From contig JALNKA010000001.1 in assembly GCA_023261815.1 (NCBI GenBank), positions 147,548-211,547 of the forward strand: a stretch of 64,000 nucleotides of DNA, in the 5' to 3' direction. Position 1 is the stretch's first letter. Each line of letters opens with the position of its first letter. Shown piece by piece: positions 1-10,247 of the stretch. The translations under genes were made by a program, and so were the position numbers. A model generated the notes under the pieces. It saw only the letters and a program-made list of their open reading frames with translations. It did not search any database and had not been told where the DNA came from. Source of the DNA: Candidatus Wolframiiraptor sinensis. Its GTDB lineage: Archaea; Thermoproteota; Nitrososphaeria_A; Caldarchaeales; Wolframiiraptoraceae.

Positions 1-802
1 CCCTCAGCCTGACCGCGGCGATGATCCCGGCGAAGACGGGCGTGGTGGCCGACAGCGGGCCAACGATATTCGCTCTCGAGAGGTCTAGGCCTATCAGGTA
101 GAGCATGTCTCCGAGGCCGACCCCGAGAATGCCGCCGATCGACGCGAAGATCATCTCCCTTCCCCTCATGCCGAGTATCGAGGCCCTGGTGTTGCTCGAG
201 AGCATGCTGTAAAGGCCGAGGAATGGGAGGAGGACCAGCATCCTGAAGAAGGCCAGGAAGATCGGGTCCACCATCGGTATTACGCGCTTGAAAAGAGCGA
301 TTCCAATTGCCCAGAAGAGGGAGGTTAGGAGTGAGGCGGCGAGGCCTATTCTCTCATCTCCGCTAGCGCCCCCAGGCTCTAGAGATCTCGAGATCAGCCA
401 TATCGCCGCGACGATCATCAGGGTTCCGAGGATGACTTCGAGGCTGAATGGCTCTCCAAGAAACCATGCGCTCATCGGTAGGAGGAAGATTGGATAGGAG
501 TAGGCTATGGGCACAGCTCGCGAGACCCCTATATTCCTCAATCCGAGGAAGTAAAGCGTGTCGCCGATAAGCCATGAAATTATCGAGGCCACGATGATCT
601 GGCCCGCGATCACGGTGTCGAGCATTAAGAGCGAGTTCGGGCTTCCAAGGAGAAGCACCATCAGAAATAGGAATATCGTGGCCGGGATGCTGCGGATGAA
701 GTTTAGGCCTATGGGATTCACACTCTTCATGCTGCTCTTGTAGAAGCCGGCTCCAGCCGCCCAGCAGAAGGCTGCTAAAAGCGCGAGCGCCTCTCCGAGC
801 AT
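1..802 (-). CDS. EamA/DMT family transporter (runs off left edge)
   Basis: Hand translation from ATG at 802: MLGEALALLAAFCWAAGAGFYKSSMKSVNPIGLNFIRS...GDTLYF...YPIFL; two hydrophobic EamA repeats; absent from ORF track because it is open-ended. Confidence 0.85.
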   Translation of the reverse strand, partial: MLGEALALLAAFCWAAGAGFYKSSMKSVNPIGLNFIRSIPATIFLFLMVLLLGSPNSLLMLDTVIAGQIIVASIISWLIGDTLYFLGLRNIGVSRAVPIAYSYPIFLLPMSAWFLGEPFSLEVILGTLMIVAAIWLISRSLEPGGASGDERIGLAASLLTSLFWAIGIALFKRVIPMVDPIFLAFFRMLVLLPFLGLYSMLSSNTRASILGMRGREMIFASIGGILGVGLGDMLYLIGLDLSRANIVGPLSATTPVFAGIIAAVRLR

Positions 803-921
803 CCTCGAAAATTTCATGAAGCCATAATATTGACTGGCCAGCCTGCACGCGCGTAGATTCACTTAAGAGCTCGAAAGACGTCATGTGGCCCGTGGTGCGG
901 GTCGGCGCGGGGTGAATTCGC

Positions 922-1623
922 GTGGAGGTTTATGTTGGGACCTCGGGCTGGATGTATGACTGGAACTCCGGCGGGACGCTGGACTGGTATCTCGAGAACT
1001 CGGGGCTCAACGCGGTGGAGCTCAACGCATCCTTTTACAGGTTTCCATTCCCATCCCAGGTTTTGGGATGGGCTAGGAGGAGGGCCGGAGTCAGGTGGGC
1101 GGTCAAGGTCCACAGATCCATAACGCATCTGAGGAAGCTCTCGGATAATGCTCTCGAGACGTGGAGAAAGTTTCACAGGATTTTCCAGCCGCTGGATGAT
1201 CGCGTGGACTTCTACCTCTTCCAGATGCCGCCCAACTTCTCGGCTTCGGAGGCGAGCATCGCTAGGGTGAGGAGGTTTATCGCGGAGTCCGGGCTTGGAG
1301 GAAGATTCGCGATAGAGTTCAGGCATGAGAGCTGGTTCAGCCGCGAGCTCGCGGAGATGATATCCGGCATGGGAGCCACTTACGTCTCCGTGGACTCGCC
1401 CATGGGATCCTTCATACACTCGAGCGGCAGCGTGATCTACCTGAGGATGCATGGGAGGTCGAGCTGGTATGCTCACGATTACTCGGTCGAGGAGCTCTCC
1501 GAGATCGCGGAGACGATACTCTCGCTCAAGCCCAGCAAGGTTTACATATTCTTCAACAACGATCACTGGATGCTCGAGAACGCGAGGCTAATGCTGGGGC
1601 TCCTGAGGCATGGCCTCGGCTAA
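922..1623 (+). CDS. DUF72 family protein (TIM barrel)
   Basis: VGTSGW, VELNASFY, LFQMPP, AIEFRHESW, YLRMHG, FFNN motifs. Confidence 0.92.
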   Translation: MEVYVGTSGWMYDWNSGGTLDWYLENSGLNAVELNASFYRFPFPSQVLGWARRRAGVRWAVKVHRSITHLRKLSDNALETWRKFHRIFQPLDDRVDFYLFQMPPNFSASEASIARVRRFIAESGLGGRFAIEFRHESWFSRELAEMISGMGATYVSVDSPMGSFIHSSGSVIYLRMHGRSSWYAHDYSVEELSEIAETILSLKPSKVYIFFNNDHWMLENARLMLGLLRHGLG

Positions 1624-1656
1624 ACGAATATTACCCCCATCCGCCGATTACTCAGC

Positions 1657-1941
1657 GTGGTCAAGGTAGTTAAGAGGGATGGGAGCGAGGAGGAGTTCGT
1701 CCCGGAGAAGATAGTCGTGAGCTGCCTAAAGTCCGGAGCAACCCCCGAGGCCGCGAGAAAAATCGCTAAGATAATCGAGGGCAGGATTCTCGAGAGGGGA
1801 CTGGAAAAGGTAAACGCTTTCGATCTGACCAAGTGGATACTGGAGCTCCTCAGGAAGGAGAATGAGGAGTGGTATAGGAACTGGATAATATTCGATAAGG
1901 CGGTTAAGAGGCGGGACACCGAGAAGGAGCTGAAGAAGTAG
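1657..1941 (+). CDS. Stand-alone ATP-cone domain protein
   Basis: VVKRDGSEEEFVPEKI N-terminal ATP-cone signature, 94 aa. Confidence 0.85.
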   Translation: MVKVVKRDGSEEEFVPEKIVVSCLKSGATPEAARKIAKIIEGRILERGLEKVNAFDLTKWILELLRKENEEWYRNWIIFDKAVKRRDTEKELKK

Positions 1942-2031
1942 AGCATCGCTAAGAATACTCCAAGGGCCGGAGCCCCAGCCGCGCGATTAGTTACACTTAT
2001 ATCTCGGGCTCCATAACAATATTATACGAAT

Positions 2032-2526
2032 ATGGGAAGGAAGGCTCGAGAAATAGTTGAGAAGGCTGGAGTAAAGGTCGATGAGCTCATCGAGATGCTG
2101 AAAAAGGCTTATGCCGATGAGTGGATAGCCTTCTACTATTACAATCTCTTGGCTAAGCTGGCCAAGGGCATCGGCTCCACGGAGATCGCGGATCAGATAA
2201 AGAAGATAGCGGATGAGGAGCTCGAGCACCAGTCGGAGCTTGCCGATAGGATCATCCAGCTCGGCGGAGAGCCTCCGAGAAGATTCGAGGATTTAGTTAA
2301 GATCGCGAACTGCCCATACGTCGAGGTTCCGAAGAACACTGGCGACTTAAAAGCAGTGGTCAGGGCGATAATCGAGGCGGAGGGATGCGCGATCGAGGCC
2401 TACGATAAGATACTGAAATGGCTGAAGGATGTTGGCCCCGACCCTGTAACCTTCCACGTCATCAGGCACATACTGCAGGAAGAGGTCGAGCACGAGGACT
2501 TATTCGAGACAATCCTGGGAGAGTAG
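2032..2526 (+). CDS. dpsL: DPS-like (DPSL/thioferritin) ferritin-superfamily protein
   Basis: AYADEW..YYY, EELEH and EEVEH di-iron motifs, Cys pair (ANCPY, AEGCA). Confidence 0.85.
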   Translation: MGRKAREIVEKAGVKVDELIEMLKKAYADEWIAFYYYNLLAKLAKGIGSTEIADQIKKIADEELEHQSELADRIIQLGGEPPRRFEDLVKIANCPYVEVPKNTGDLKAVVRAIIEAEGCAIEAYDKILKWLKDVGPDPVTFHVIRHILQEEVEHEDLFETILGE

Positions 2527-2562
2527 GCGCATTCTCCAAAACCCCAATTCTTTTTCATATTC

Positions 2563-3825
2563 CTATCCTCTCAGTATCTTTAGCCTCGAGAGCTCATCGG
2601 CGAGTATCGGTAGAAATGCTCCCACATCTGATATGACGCCGATTGATTGGGCCGTCCCCCTATCCACGAGCTTGAGGACGACCGAGGGGTTGATGTCCAC
2701 GCACACGACCTTGGCGGTTGATGGGAGCATGTTCCCGACGGCGATTGAGTGGAGCATCGAGGCCAGCATGAGCACCATGCTAGCGTCCTTCAAGTGCCTC
2801 CTATACTCCCTCTGCGACTCGACCACGTCTGTTATCACGTCTGGTATCGGGCCATCATCGCGAATCGAACCAGCGAGCACATAAGGAATGCCATGGACGA
2901 TGCACTCATAGAATATCCCCTTCTTTAAGACGCCCTTCTCTACGGCGCCCCTAAGACCGCCGCATTTCATGATCTCGTTTATGGCGGCCAGGTGATTCCT
3001 GCTCCCGCCGGGCATCCTCACGCCCTCATCGACCTTGAATCCCAGAGATGTTCCGAAGAGAGCGTACTCCACGTCATGGACCGCGAGCGCGTTACCGGAG
3101 AGCAACGCATCAACGAAGCCCATTCTTATTATCCTCGCGAGGTGCTCCGCGGCTCCTGTGTGGACGATGGCCGGCCCAGCGACCACGACTATCTTCCCGC
3201 CCAACTCCTTAACCCTAACCATCTCAAGAGCTATCTTCTTGACTATCGTGGGCGTCGGCTTCTCGGAAGAAGCCCTGCTACTCATGAACTCGAAGATGCC
3301 CGCGCCGGCCCTAGGGTACTCGGGGGGCTTGACGCGAACCCCCTCCTCTCCGACCACTATCAAATCTCCCTTCTTGACCTCCCTGATCGACTTGCAGTAA
3401 GCCCTCTCTTCCAGCGGATCCACGACTATCACCTTATCCATGCAGATGTTCTCGACCTCGATCCACCTGCCCTTATAGCGTATCCAAGTCGGGTGATTTG
3501 TCGTCGCGTAGAACCCGTCTGGGAGGACCATGTCGCGGGGCGCGGGCTCCAGCTTGACGTCAGAGATCTTTTCCGTCACCGCTCCGAGGGATCTCAGCTC
3601 TCTAAGGATTAGCTCGAGGTGCGCCGCGCTCTTCCCGATAATCAGCATCCTCGCGTAGCTAGGTTCATCCTTCCTTTTTCCAATCCTGAAGTCGAGGACC
3701 TCGAATTCCCCGCCGAGATCCATGATCCTGTCAAAGATCTTCGGGAGTATGTGGGAGTCTATTAGATGACCTTCAAGCTCTATGATCTCCGAATACTTTT
3801 CTTCCGAGTCGTGGAAGGTGGTCAC
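2563..3825 (-). CDS. TIGR00300 LOR/SDH-family protein (archaeal ornithine cyclodeaminase-like)
   Basis: LEGHLIDS, FYATTNHPT, FEFMSS..SSEK, GNALAVHD, LAGSIRDDGP, MLHSIAVGN. Confidence 0.88.
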   Translation of the reverse strand: MTTFHDSEEKYSEIIELEGHLIDSHILPKIFDRIMDLGGEFEVLDFRIGKRKDEPSYARMLIIGKSAAHLELILRELRSLGAVTEKISDVKLEPAPRDMVLPDGFYATTNHPTWIRYKGRWIEVENICMDKVIVVDPLEERAYCKSIREVKKGDLIVVGEEGVRVKPPEYPRAGAGIFEFMSSRASSEKPTPTIVKKIALEMVRVKELGGKIVVVAGPAIVHTGAAEHLARIIRMGFVDALLSGNALAVHDVEYALFGTSLGFKVDEGVRMPGGSRNHLAAINEIMKCGGLRGAVEKGVLKKGIFYECIVHGIPYVLAGSIRDDGPIPDVITDVVESQREYRRHLKDASMVLMLASMLHSIAVGNMLPSTAKVVCVDINPSVVLKLVDRGTAQSIGVISDVGAFLPILADELSRLKILRG

Positions 3826-3903
3826 CTCTCACGCGCACCAGCCTCCCTCGCGGGACGATAAACAATTTCACACGATATTTTAATCCTTCTCTCGTCATCG
3901 CCT

Positions 3904-4569
3904 TTAACGCCTGATGCGCCCCTCCTCCAGCACTATCACCTCATCCGGCTCCAACTCATCCGGCAGCTCTCCGCCCCCATGAGATGCTATCACGATTCCA
4001 GCGCCGTTTCTCCTCCTCTCTTGAAGGGCTGCGGCCACAAGCCTGGATCTCTCACTATCTAGGTGGGCGAACGGCTCATCGAGGAGTATTAGCTCGGGCT
4101 CAACCGCTAGGGCGCGGGCGATCGCGACTAGCTGTGACTGGCCCGTCGAAAGCTCCTTAGCATTCTTATCCGCCAGCTCCATGAGCTCGAGCTCCTTCAT
4201 GATTATCTCCGCTCTCTCGGCAACATTTCTCGAGTCGAGCCCTCTGATCCTGAGAGGATAAGCGATGTTCTCGAGAACGCTTCCGCGGATCAAGATGGGC
4301 TTCTCATGAACGTACGTGATCTTCCTCCTAGCCGCGATCTTCTCGGCCTCACTCATTTCCCAGAAGCTTTGACCATCCACGATGACATCGCCGCGCAGGG
4401 GTCTATAAAGCAGGGCCGCTATCTTAAGGAGCGTAGTCTTGCCGCTGCCATTATGGCCCGAGACGAGAATAACTCTTCCCGATGTGAGCTCAGCCGAGAT
4501 GTTTTCCAGCGCCCACGCCGCCATGCCGGGGTACTTGTGCCAAATGCCCCTCAGCTCGATGACCATCAC
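3904..4569 (-). CDS. tupC: Tungstate ABC transporter ATPase
   Basis: Walker A GHNGSGKTT, LSTGQ, LLDEP; operon with tupB/tupA. Confidence 0.8.
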   Translation of the reverse strand: MMVIELRGIWHKYPGMAAWALENISAELTSGRVILVSGHNGSGKTTLLKIAALLYRPLRGDVIVDGQSFWEMSEAEKIAARRKITYVHEKPILIRGSVLENIAYPLRIRGLDSRNVAERAEIIMKELELMELADKNAKELSTGQSQLVAIARALAVEPELILLDEPFAHLDSERSRLVAAALQERRRNGAGIVIASHGGGELPDELEPDEVIVLEEGRIRR

Positions 4570-5213
4570 TGCGCTCTCACCCCCATCAAGATCTTAACGG
4601 ATATCGCGGTCATGATCATGAGCACTAGGAGTATGATGCCGAGTATTATGGCGCTTTCGAATTCGCCTCGAGCCACGTCGAGCGCTATCGCCGTCGTCAT
4701 AACCCTCGTGAAGCCCCTGATGTTCCCGCCCACCATCATGGCGATGCCGAGCTCTCCAACAGCCCTCGAGAACCCCATTATCGTCGAGGCCGCGACTCCG
4801 GGCGCCGACTCCCGGAGAACGAGCATCATGGCTTGAGACCTGCCCGCTCCAAGGCTTAGCGCGAGCTCGAGATAAGATGTTGCGATGCCCCTAAGAGCCC
4901 TATAACACGTCGAGATTATAAGGGGTGTTATGAGAATTGCTTGGCCGATTATGATCGCCTGGGGCGTATAGAGGAGCTTGAGGAAGCCGAGGGGACCCGA
5001 GCTACTGAGAAGAAGGAAGAGCAGCAGGCCGAGGAGAACAGTCGGCATCCCTACCAGCGACTCGATGAGCGCCTCGAGAACAACAACTCTCCTCCTAAGT
5101 GAGAGGAGGTATGCGGCTGGAATGCTCCAAGAGGCGGATAAAAGAGTCGCGAAGCCGGAAACGTAAATCGACCTAAGGGACACATCTAGGATCTCGGAGA
5201 ATACTTGGCTCAT
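4566..5213 (-). CDS. tupB: Tungstate ABC transporter permease
   Basis: GMPTVLLGL, GPLG..LLYTP, FSRAVGELG..MMVGGNI...TRVMTTAI; ATG at 5213 overlaps tupA stop. Confidence 0.88.
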   Translation of the reverse strand: MSQVFSEILDVSLRSIYVSGFATLLSASWSIPAAYLLSLRRRVVVLEALIESLVGMPTVLLGLLLFLLLSSSGPLGFLKLLYTPQAIIIGQAILITPLIISTCYRALRGIATSYLELALSLGAGRSQAMMLVLRESAPGVAASTIMGFSRAVGELGIAMMVGGNIRGFTRVMTTAIALDVARGEFESAIILGIILLVLMIMTAISVKILMGVRAQ

Positions 5214-6139
5214 GGGAAGCCCACCTCCATGCCAGATGCAAACTCGCTCCACAAATCCCCGAGTTTCTCAATATTCTCATCGGCCGGGCGGAATAGCGGC
5301 TGCCCATACTCTCTCTCGCCGAACACTCTTATCTGATCCTGATTCTCTTGAAGAAACTTTAGGAAGAGCAGGGCATACCTCTTCTCGTCTCCGGAGCAGG
5401 CTTTAGCAACATAGGCCGAGTATATGTTGATCATATCCGGATCATCCGGGCTCGCGTAGAGGATGACGAGGCTTGGGAGCTTCCCCTCGCTTTTCAGCCT
5501 AAGATATGAGCCGATATCTGCCAGAGAGTAGGCTGAGAGCTCATTCGCGATTATCAGGGTCTGCTCCATCCCTGCAGCGGCCTCCCTGTACCATCCTCCG
5601 CCGGCGGGATTTAGTCCAGCCCTACCCCAAATCCCCAGCTCCCTGAGATGCGTTCCCGATAAATCGCCTCTACTGATGAAGATTATTTTGCCCGATTCGC
5701 CGGCCGAGTAGATCCTCCTGAAGGCCTCGATGACGCTTCTCGATCCCCTGACCTCCGCCGGATCCCCTTCGGGCCCCACTATGATAAAGTAATTATATGC
5801 GAATATCACGCCCGCCTCGAGCACGCCCCTCTCCACGTACTGCTTTTCGAGACTCGGCGCATGGGCGAGCACGGCGCAGGCATCGCCGCGCTCAGCGTAT
5901 TTAAGTGCGGCACCAGTTCCAGCCGCTATGAACTCGATCCTAACCCCGGGATACTTTTCCTCGAATTTTCTTTTGAGCTCGTCGAGGAGCCCAGTGGCGT
6001 ATAGCGATGTGGTGGTCGCTATCCTGATCCTCACCTCGCTGGATAGGAGCACGTGAGCGGATCCCGCCACGATCGCCGCAGCCAAGATCATGGCAAGCGC
6101 GATGAGCCTCCGGGAGATCATGCAAGTTTGCCGCGACAC
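5210..6139 (-). CDS. tupA: Tungstate-binding protein
   Basis: ATTTSLYATGLL TupA motif, GTGAAL, HAP, SRGDLSGTH; N-terminal anchor. Confidence 0.9.
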   Translation of the reverse strand: MSRQTCMISRRLIALAMILAAAIVAGSAHVLLSSEVRIRIATTTSLYATGLLDELKRKFEEKYPGVRIEFIAAGTGAALKYAERGDACAVLAHAPSLEKQYVERGVLEAGVIFAYNYFIIVGPEGDPAEVRGSRSVIEAFRRIYSAGESGKIIFISRGDLSGTHLRELGIWGRAGLNPAGGGWYREAAAGMEQTLIIANELSAYSLADIGSYLRLKSEGKLPSLVILYASPDDPDMINIYSAYVAKACSGDEKRYALLFLKFLQENQDQIRVFGEREYGQPLFRPADENIEKLGDLWSEFASGMEVGFP

Positions 6140-6171
6140 CTCGCCACCGAAGGCTTATTGAGCATTTTGAC

Positions 6172-6193
6172 CGTTATCCGAAAACCAATAACG
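6172..6193. promoter_or_regulatory. ModE-type operator CGTTAT-N10-ATAACG
   Basis: Perfect 6-bp inverted half-sites between divergent tupA and ModE-like regulator; resembles bacterial ModE box half-sites. Confidence 0.65.
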
Positions 6194-6215
6194 CTTATAG
6201 CGCCCATCGCGCCCG

Positions 6216-7256
6216 ATGTGGTTGATGGCGAGGATCACGATTAGATTCGAGTGCATGGTTGAGCTTGGTGGAAGGCCTGTTCTCGACCGGCTCTCCGCGC
6301 AGGTTCTCAGGGCCATAGATGAGCGGCTCTCGATAATCGCGGCATCCAGGGCTCTCGGAATACCATACACGAGCATATGGGAGATAATCTCGAGGATCGA
6401 GAGGCTTGCCGGCGGCCGTATAGTTATCGCTAGAAGAGGTGGGCTGGGCGGTGGAGGCGCCAGATTAACCGCCCTCGGGAGAAGGCTTCTCAACGCATAT
6501 GAGGAGGGGGTTAGGATGCTCGCGACCGCCGGACTCCACGCGCCGCTGCACCCTTCATCGAGCCCGCAGCTTCTCATGGCCCATAGCAGCGACCCGCTTC
6601 TTGACATGATTCTAGAGAGGCTTTCGCATGAGGGCTGCTCGGCGAGATGCTTCTGCGTGGGCTCCGGCTTATCGCTCGCCATGCTCTCCCTCGAGGAGGC
6701 CGATGTCGCGGGAATACACCTCTACGACCCCCAAACTGGGTCATATAATGAGCCGTATCTCGAGAGATTCTGGCTCCGGGATAAGGTTGCGAGGCTCGGC
6801 GGATATGAGAGGCAGCTCGTCATGGCGTATGGCGAGCGGGTGAGAGCGAGAAGCCTAGACGAGATCTTGAAGGCCCTTCTCTCGGGGGAGCTGAGACTCG
6901 CGAACCGGAATCGGGGCTCCGGGACGAGGATCCTTATCGACCACCTCCTCGAGCAGGCTGGAAAAAATGTCGGCGCTGACCCGAGGCGCGTTAGGGGATA
7001 TGAGAAGGAGCATTACACGCATGAGGAGGTTGCGAGGAGTATTGCGTCCGGAGACGCTGACGCCGGGTTGCTGCTGAGATGCGTGGCGGACGAGCATGAT
7101 CTCCCATGGATGCACGTCGCGTGGGAGCGCTACGAGTACTATGCCCTGAGGTCCCGAGCTGGAGGAGAGGGGGTTCAGAGGCTGAAGCAGATCCTTGAGT
7201 CGAGCTGGCTCGACGACGCGCTTTCATCAAAACCCGGATACAGAAAAATTGATTGA
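6216..7256 (+). CDS. ModE/LysR-type HTH fused to PBP-superfamily (molybdate/tungstate-binding) domain
   Basis: SIIAASRALGIPY..W..I, RRGGLGGGGARLT; VGSGLSL, DVAGIHL, NRNRGSGTR, GDADAG. Confidence 0.85.
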   Translation: MWLMARITIRFECMVELGGRPVLDRLSAQVLRAIDERLSIIAASRALGIPYTSIWEIISRIERLAGGRIVIARRGGLGGGGARLTALGRRLLNAYEEGVRMLATAGLHAPLHPSSSPQLLMAHSSDPLLDMILERLSHEGCSARCFCVGSGLSLAMLSLEEADVAGIHLYDPQTGSYNEPYLERFWLRDKVARLGGYERQLVMAYGERVRARSLDEILKALLSGELRLANRNRGSGTRILIDHLLEQAGKNVGADPRRVRGYEKEHYTHEEVARSIASGDADAGLLLRCVADEHDLPWMHVAWERYEYYALRSRAGGEGVQRLKQILESSWLDDALSSKPGYRKID

Positions 7257-7270
7257 AGGTGGAGAGGGCC

Positions 7271-8314
7271 CTAGTAGAGTCTCGGCTTAGGTATTCTCAG
7301 GAATCTCCTGATTCCAGCGAGCACCTCGCTCTTCCCGCCGATGAGTGCTATCAGGTCGTATGCGGCTTTAGCGATGATCTTGCCGGAAATGCTTATGCTC
7401 GGCGCCAGCTGGAGCTCTATCTCGCCGAACCTTATGTCGGGGAAAGCCTCAGGCCCTGAGTTATATGATTGAATTGCGGCTCTAGGCAGGTTTGGATCCC
7501 GCTTCGGCACATCAAGGCAATCATCCTGGCTTGAGGGGATATCGCGGCTTCTGAGAATGAGCGCTGACCACTCCCTTTTCCCGATCCTCGCAACGTAGGC
7601 TATGGCGCCCAGCTCGGGATCCCTGAGATCCTCCGGCTTAACCCCGAGCTTCGAGACATACTGCCCATCTATCTTGAATGAGATGTGATCGCTCGAAACC
7701 CTCAGCCTATCTCTGGGGATCTCGACGAAGTAGTGTATCGGCTCAGCCCTCCTCTTCACGGGAACTAGAGCTGTTCCTGTGCCCACCCCGCTCACCGGAA
7801 CCTGGGCCAAAACCCATGGATTCACCCTAACAGGATACTCGCCGACCAAGGCATCAATGATTCTAAGCCTCATGAATCCCTTCCTCGACTCGAGGAGCCT
7901 GATCTCTCGGCGGACCTGAGCCTCAAGCCGCGCTCCGAGAAGATTATCATCGGCGCGAATCCGCCCCTCTAGCACAGCCCTCCCAGAATCCACCTCGATA
8001 ATCCTGTGCTCTCCGGGATCTATTCCCTCGGGGCAGAACCATTCCTCAAAGGTCTCAGGCTTCTTGTAGAAGAAGTTCCTCTCAGGGGAGATCCAGAGTC
8101 TGAGCCCGCCAGTGTTCCACTCATTCCTCGATAGCACGCTCTCCAACTTGGGATTAACCCATAGTAGATTGGGCGATGAATCGAGGAAGATGCCCAGCAC
8201 CCTAGCTCCCCTCTCGCATACGACGATCCTACAATTCTTATCATGGAGAACAGCGCTCTTGGAGAACCGATCGATTACCCCGACGAGCTCCTCCAAGCTA
8301 ATCGACTCGCTCAT
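7271..8314 (-). CDS. Hypothetical protein (DUF6786-like beta-sandwich)
   Basis: 347-aa ORF; GARVLG, WNTGGLRLWISPE, IQSYNSG..FGEIELQ. Confidence 0.6.
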   Translation of the reverse strand: MSESISLEELVGVIDRFSKSAVLHDKNCRIVVCERGARVLGIFLDSSPNLLWVNPKLESVLSRNEWNTGGLRLWISPERNFFYKKPETFEEWFCPEGIDPGEHRIIEVDSGRAVLEGRIRADDNLLGARLEAQVRREIRLLESRKGFMRLRIIDALVGEYPVRVNPWVLAQVPVSGVGTGTALVPVKRRAEPIHYFVEIPRDRLRVSSDHISFKIDGQYVSKLGVKPEDLRDPELGAIAYVARIGKREWSALILRSRDIPSSQDDCLDVPKRDPNLPRAAIQSYNSGPEAFPDIRFGEIELQLAPSISISGKIIAKAAYDLIALIGGKSEVLAGIRRFLRIPKPRLY

Positions 8315-8464
8315 ACCTACACTGGCTGGAGCTATAGCTCATAAATTAATTTTAATTTCATCATGAGCGTCATCCACAGCGCTAATTGATGCTGCCTAAT
8401 ACCCCGAAATCCATTAAACGCATAAGTTTTTAAACAATCACCTCAAAGGTCTTGATGAGAGGGC

Positions 8465-8902
8465 GTGAGCATCTTCCAGAAATTTGCGAAAAAGTATTTC
8501 GATGAATCTTTGAGGGATCTCGAGAGAGCTAAAAGAGCGTTCATGATCGAAGACTACCCTCAAGCAGTCTTCTACGCTCAGCAATCGCTGGAGAAGGGCG
8601 TCAAGGCGATGCTGGAGGTGAGGAGGCGCATCGTATACAATCATGGCCCCGAGCTGATAGGGGTATTCGCTGAGGTATTCGAGAGCGAGTGGCGACGGGA
8701 ATTCGATCACATTATGGAGGCTCTCGAGTATCTCATGGAGTATTATACTAGGGCTAGATATCCATTCTTGATGAGGGGTGAGGTGCTGGGGCCGGATGAT
8801 ATCGTGACGAGGAGTGTGGCCGAGAGGGGAATCGCGCTGGCGGAGAGGGCGCTGGAGGTGGTGCGAGATTATCTCGCGAGAAGAGGCATTATCGGCGGTT
8901 GA
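8465..8902 (+). CDS. HEPN domain protein
   Basis: AVFYAQQSLEK.VKA, YNH, YTRARYP. Confidence 0.88.
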   Translation: MSIFQKFAKKYFDESLRDLERAKRAFMIEDYPQAVFYAQQSLEKGVKAMLEVRRRIVYNHGPELIGVFAEVFESEWRREFDHIMEALEYLMEYYTRARYPFLMRGEVLGPDDIVTRSVAERGIALAERALEVVRDYLARRGIIGG

Positions 8903-9368
8903 GAGGGTGCTGGAGGCGAGAGGCAAGCGCTTAAAATCTCTCGTGATATTTGGAAGTAGCATCTACAGTCCATTGAAAGCGAGAGACGTGGATTTGCTCG
9001 TGGTCACCGATAGAATAGCTGATGCCGACGAGAAATGTGCTCTCGAGTTTGAGATTGCTAGAGCGCTGAGAGCGGTACATCCTAAAATGCCGATTGACAT
9101 AATAGTATTTGATGAGTGCTCCTTCAGGGAAAATTTGGAGCCAGGCACCTTGCTATCAGGCCTAATAGCCGGCTATGAGATCATTTATGACGAGCTGGGA
9201 TTGAATGACTTAATCGTCGAGCTCGCGAAGAGCATTGCCAGCAGCGAGTACATAGTGCAGAAGAGCGGGAAAAGAATAAACTTATCAGCTCTTGCTAGAG
9301 CGAGACTCAGAGCGTTGGGCGCGGGATTCGCAGAAAAGCGCGAGCAGGATGAGATTCATCAAGACTGA
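8814..9368 (+). CDS. Minimal nucleotidyltransferase (MNT); true start uncertain
   Basis: VIFGSS..ARDVDLLVV, IDIIV; overlaps HEPN gene. Confidence 0.82.
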   Translation: MWPRGESRWRRGRWRWCEIISREEALSAVERVLEARGKRLKSLVIFGSSIYSPLKARDVDLLVVTDRIADADEKCALEFEIARALRAVHPKMPIDIIVFDECSFRENLEPGTLLSGLIAGYEIIYDELGLNDLIVELAKSIASSEYIVQKSGKRINLSALARARLRALGAGFAEKREQDEIHQD

Positions 9369-9373
9369 TTTCG

Positions 9374-10132
9374 CTAAATCTGGTCGGGGGGAACCTTGTC
9401 CGGCGCGTGAGCGACCCTATACTTCAGGCCGTACTTCTTTAGTCTCTCGACGACATGCGGGTAGAGTATGAGCTCCTCTATCTCCGCCTCCTCCGCCAGC
9501 TTCTCATCTATCTCGGCGAGCCTGATCATAAGCTCCTTTAAGCTCTCCTCTGTCGAGAATGATGTCATTATTGATGGGTGGCAGCTCACTCCAGCCTTAA
9601 GCAGGTTTTTCAGAGAATTCAGCTGAAGATCGAATCCTCTCGGATCCGCTCCCGTGAGCATGTGGAACTCGTTCTCATTGCATCCCTTTAGGGATACCCT
9701 GACATGGAGAAAGTCATAGCCGGATAACCGGGACGCATAGCCCTCGTCATGGCCTATCAGGATGCCGTTGGTTTCGAGTATGAATAACAACCCTTTTCCG
9801 GAAAGCTGGTCTAGAACTCTCAGCAGGTGCTCCCTGCCTATCGTCGGCTCGCCGCCGCTGATCCTGGCCTGGCTGACACCCCTGCTCCTAGAGAGGCTGA
9901 GAAGCCTAGTAGCAACATCCTCGGGCTCATGGAATGCTCCAACCTTGAGCGGCCTCAATCTAACATTATCTGATACCCAGCAGAATTTGCAGAAGAGTCC
10001 GCATCCGACGCAGTCCGCGGTCACTATGCCGCCATACCATCTATCGACGCGAAACCTGTAGTATTTTCTCTCATAGCCCCTCGCGACGTGCTTCTCGAGC
10101 ATTAGATGGGTTTTCACGGGATCATAGCCCAC
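9374..10132 (-). CDS. Radical SAM protein
   Basis: CGLFCKFC (CxxxCxxC), ISGGEPT, LETNG. Confidence 0.9.
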   Translation of the reverse strand: MGYDPVKTHLMLEKHVARGYERKYYRFRVDRWYGGIVTADCVGCGLFCKFCWVSDNVRLRPLKVGAFHEPEDVATRLLSLSRSRGVSQARISGGEPTIGREHLLRVLDQLSGKGLLFILETNGILIGHDEGYASRLSGYDFLHVRVSLKGCNENEFHMLTGADPRGFDLQLNSLKNLLKAGVSCHPSIMTSFSTEESLKELMIRLAEIDEKLAEEAEIEELILYPHVVERLKKYGLKYRVAHAPDKVPPDQI

Positions 10133-10142
10133 GGGGAAACTT

Positions 10143-10165
10143 GATAAGCATGCATGCTATTTATC
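10143..10165. promoter_or_regulatory. Palindrome between divergent radical SAM and glycosylase genes
   Basis: Perfect 12-bp AGCATGCATGCT (10147-10158) with GATAA at its left edge and TTATC just to its right. Confidence 0.35.
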
Positions 10166-10247
10166 TTTCTCCAACGCGGGATCAATAATGAGCAGCGCAT
10201 GAAACTCTCAAAAGCTCCCTAACGAGCTCATCATTAATGGAGCGGCG

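Noticed and set aside
288-884. ORF-track ORFs 288-497, 363-884 and 558-743
   Set aside because: Shadows of the EamA gene on the minus strand (start 802)
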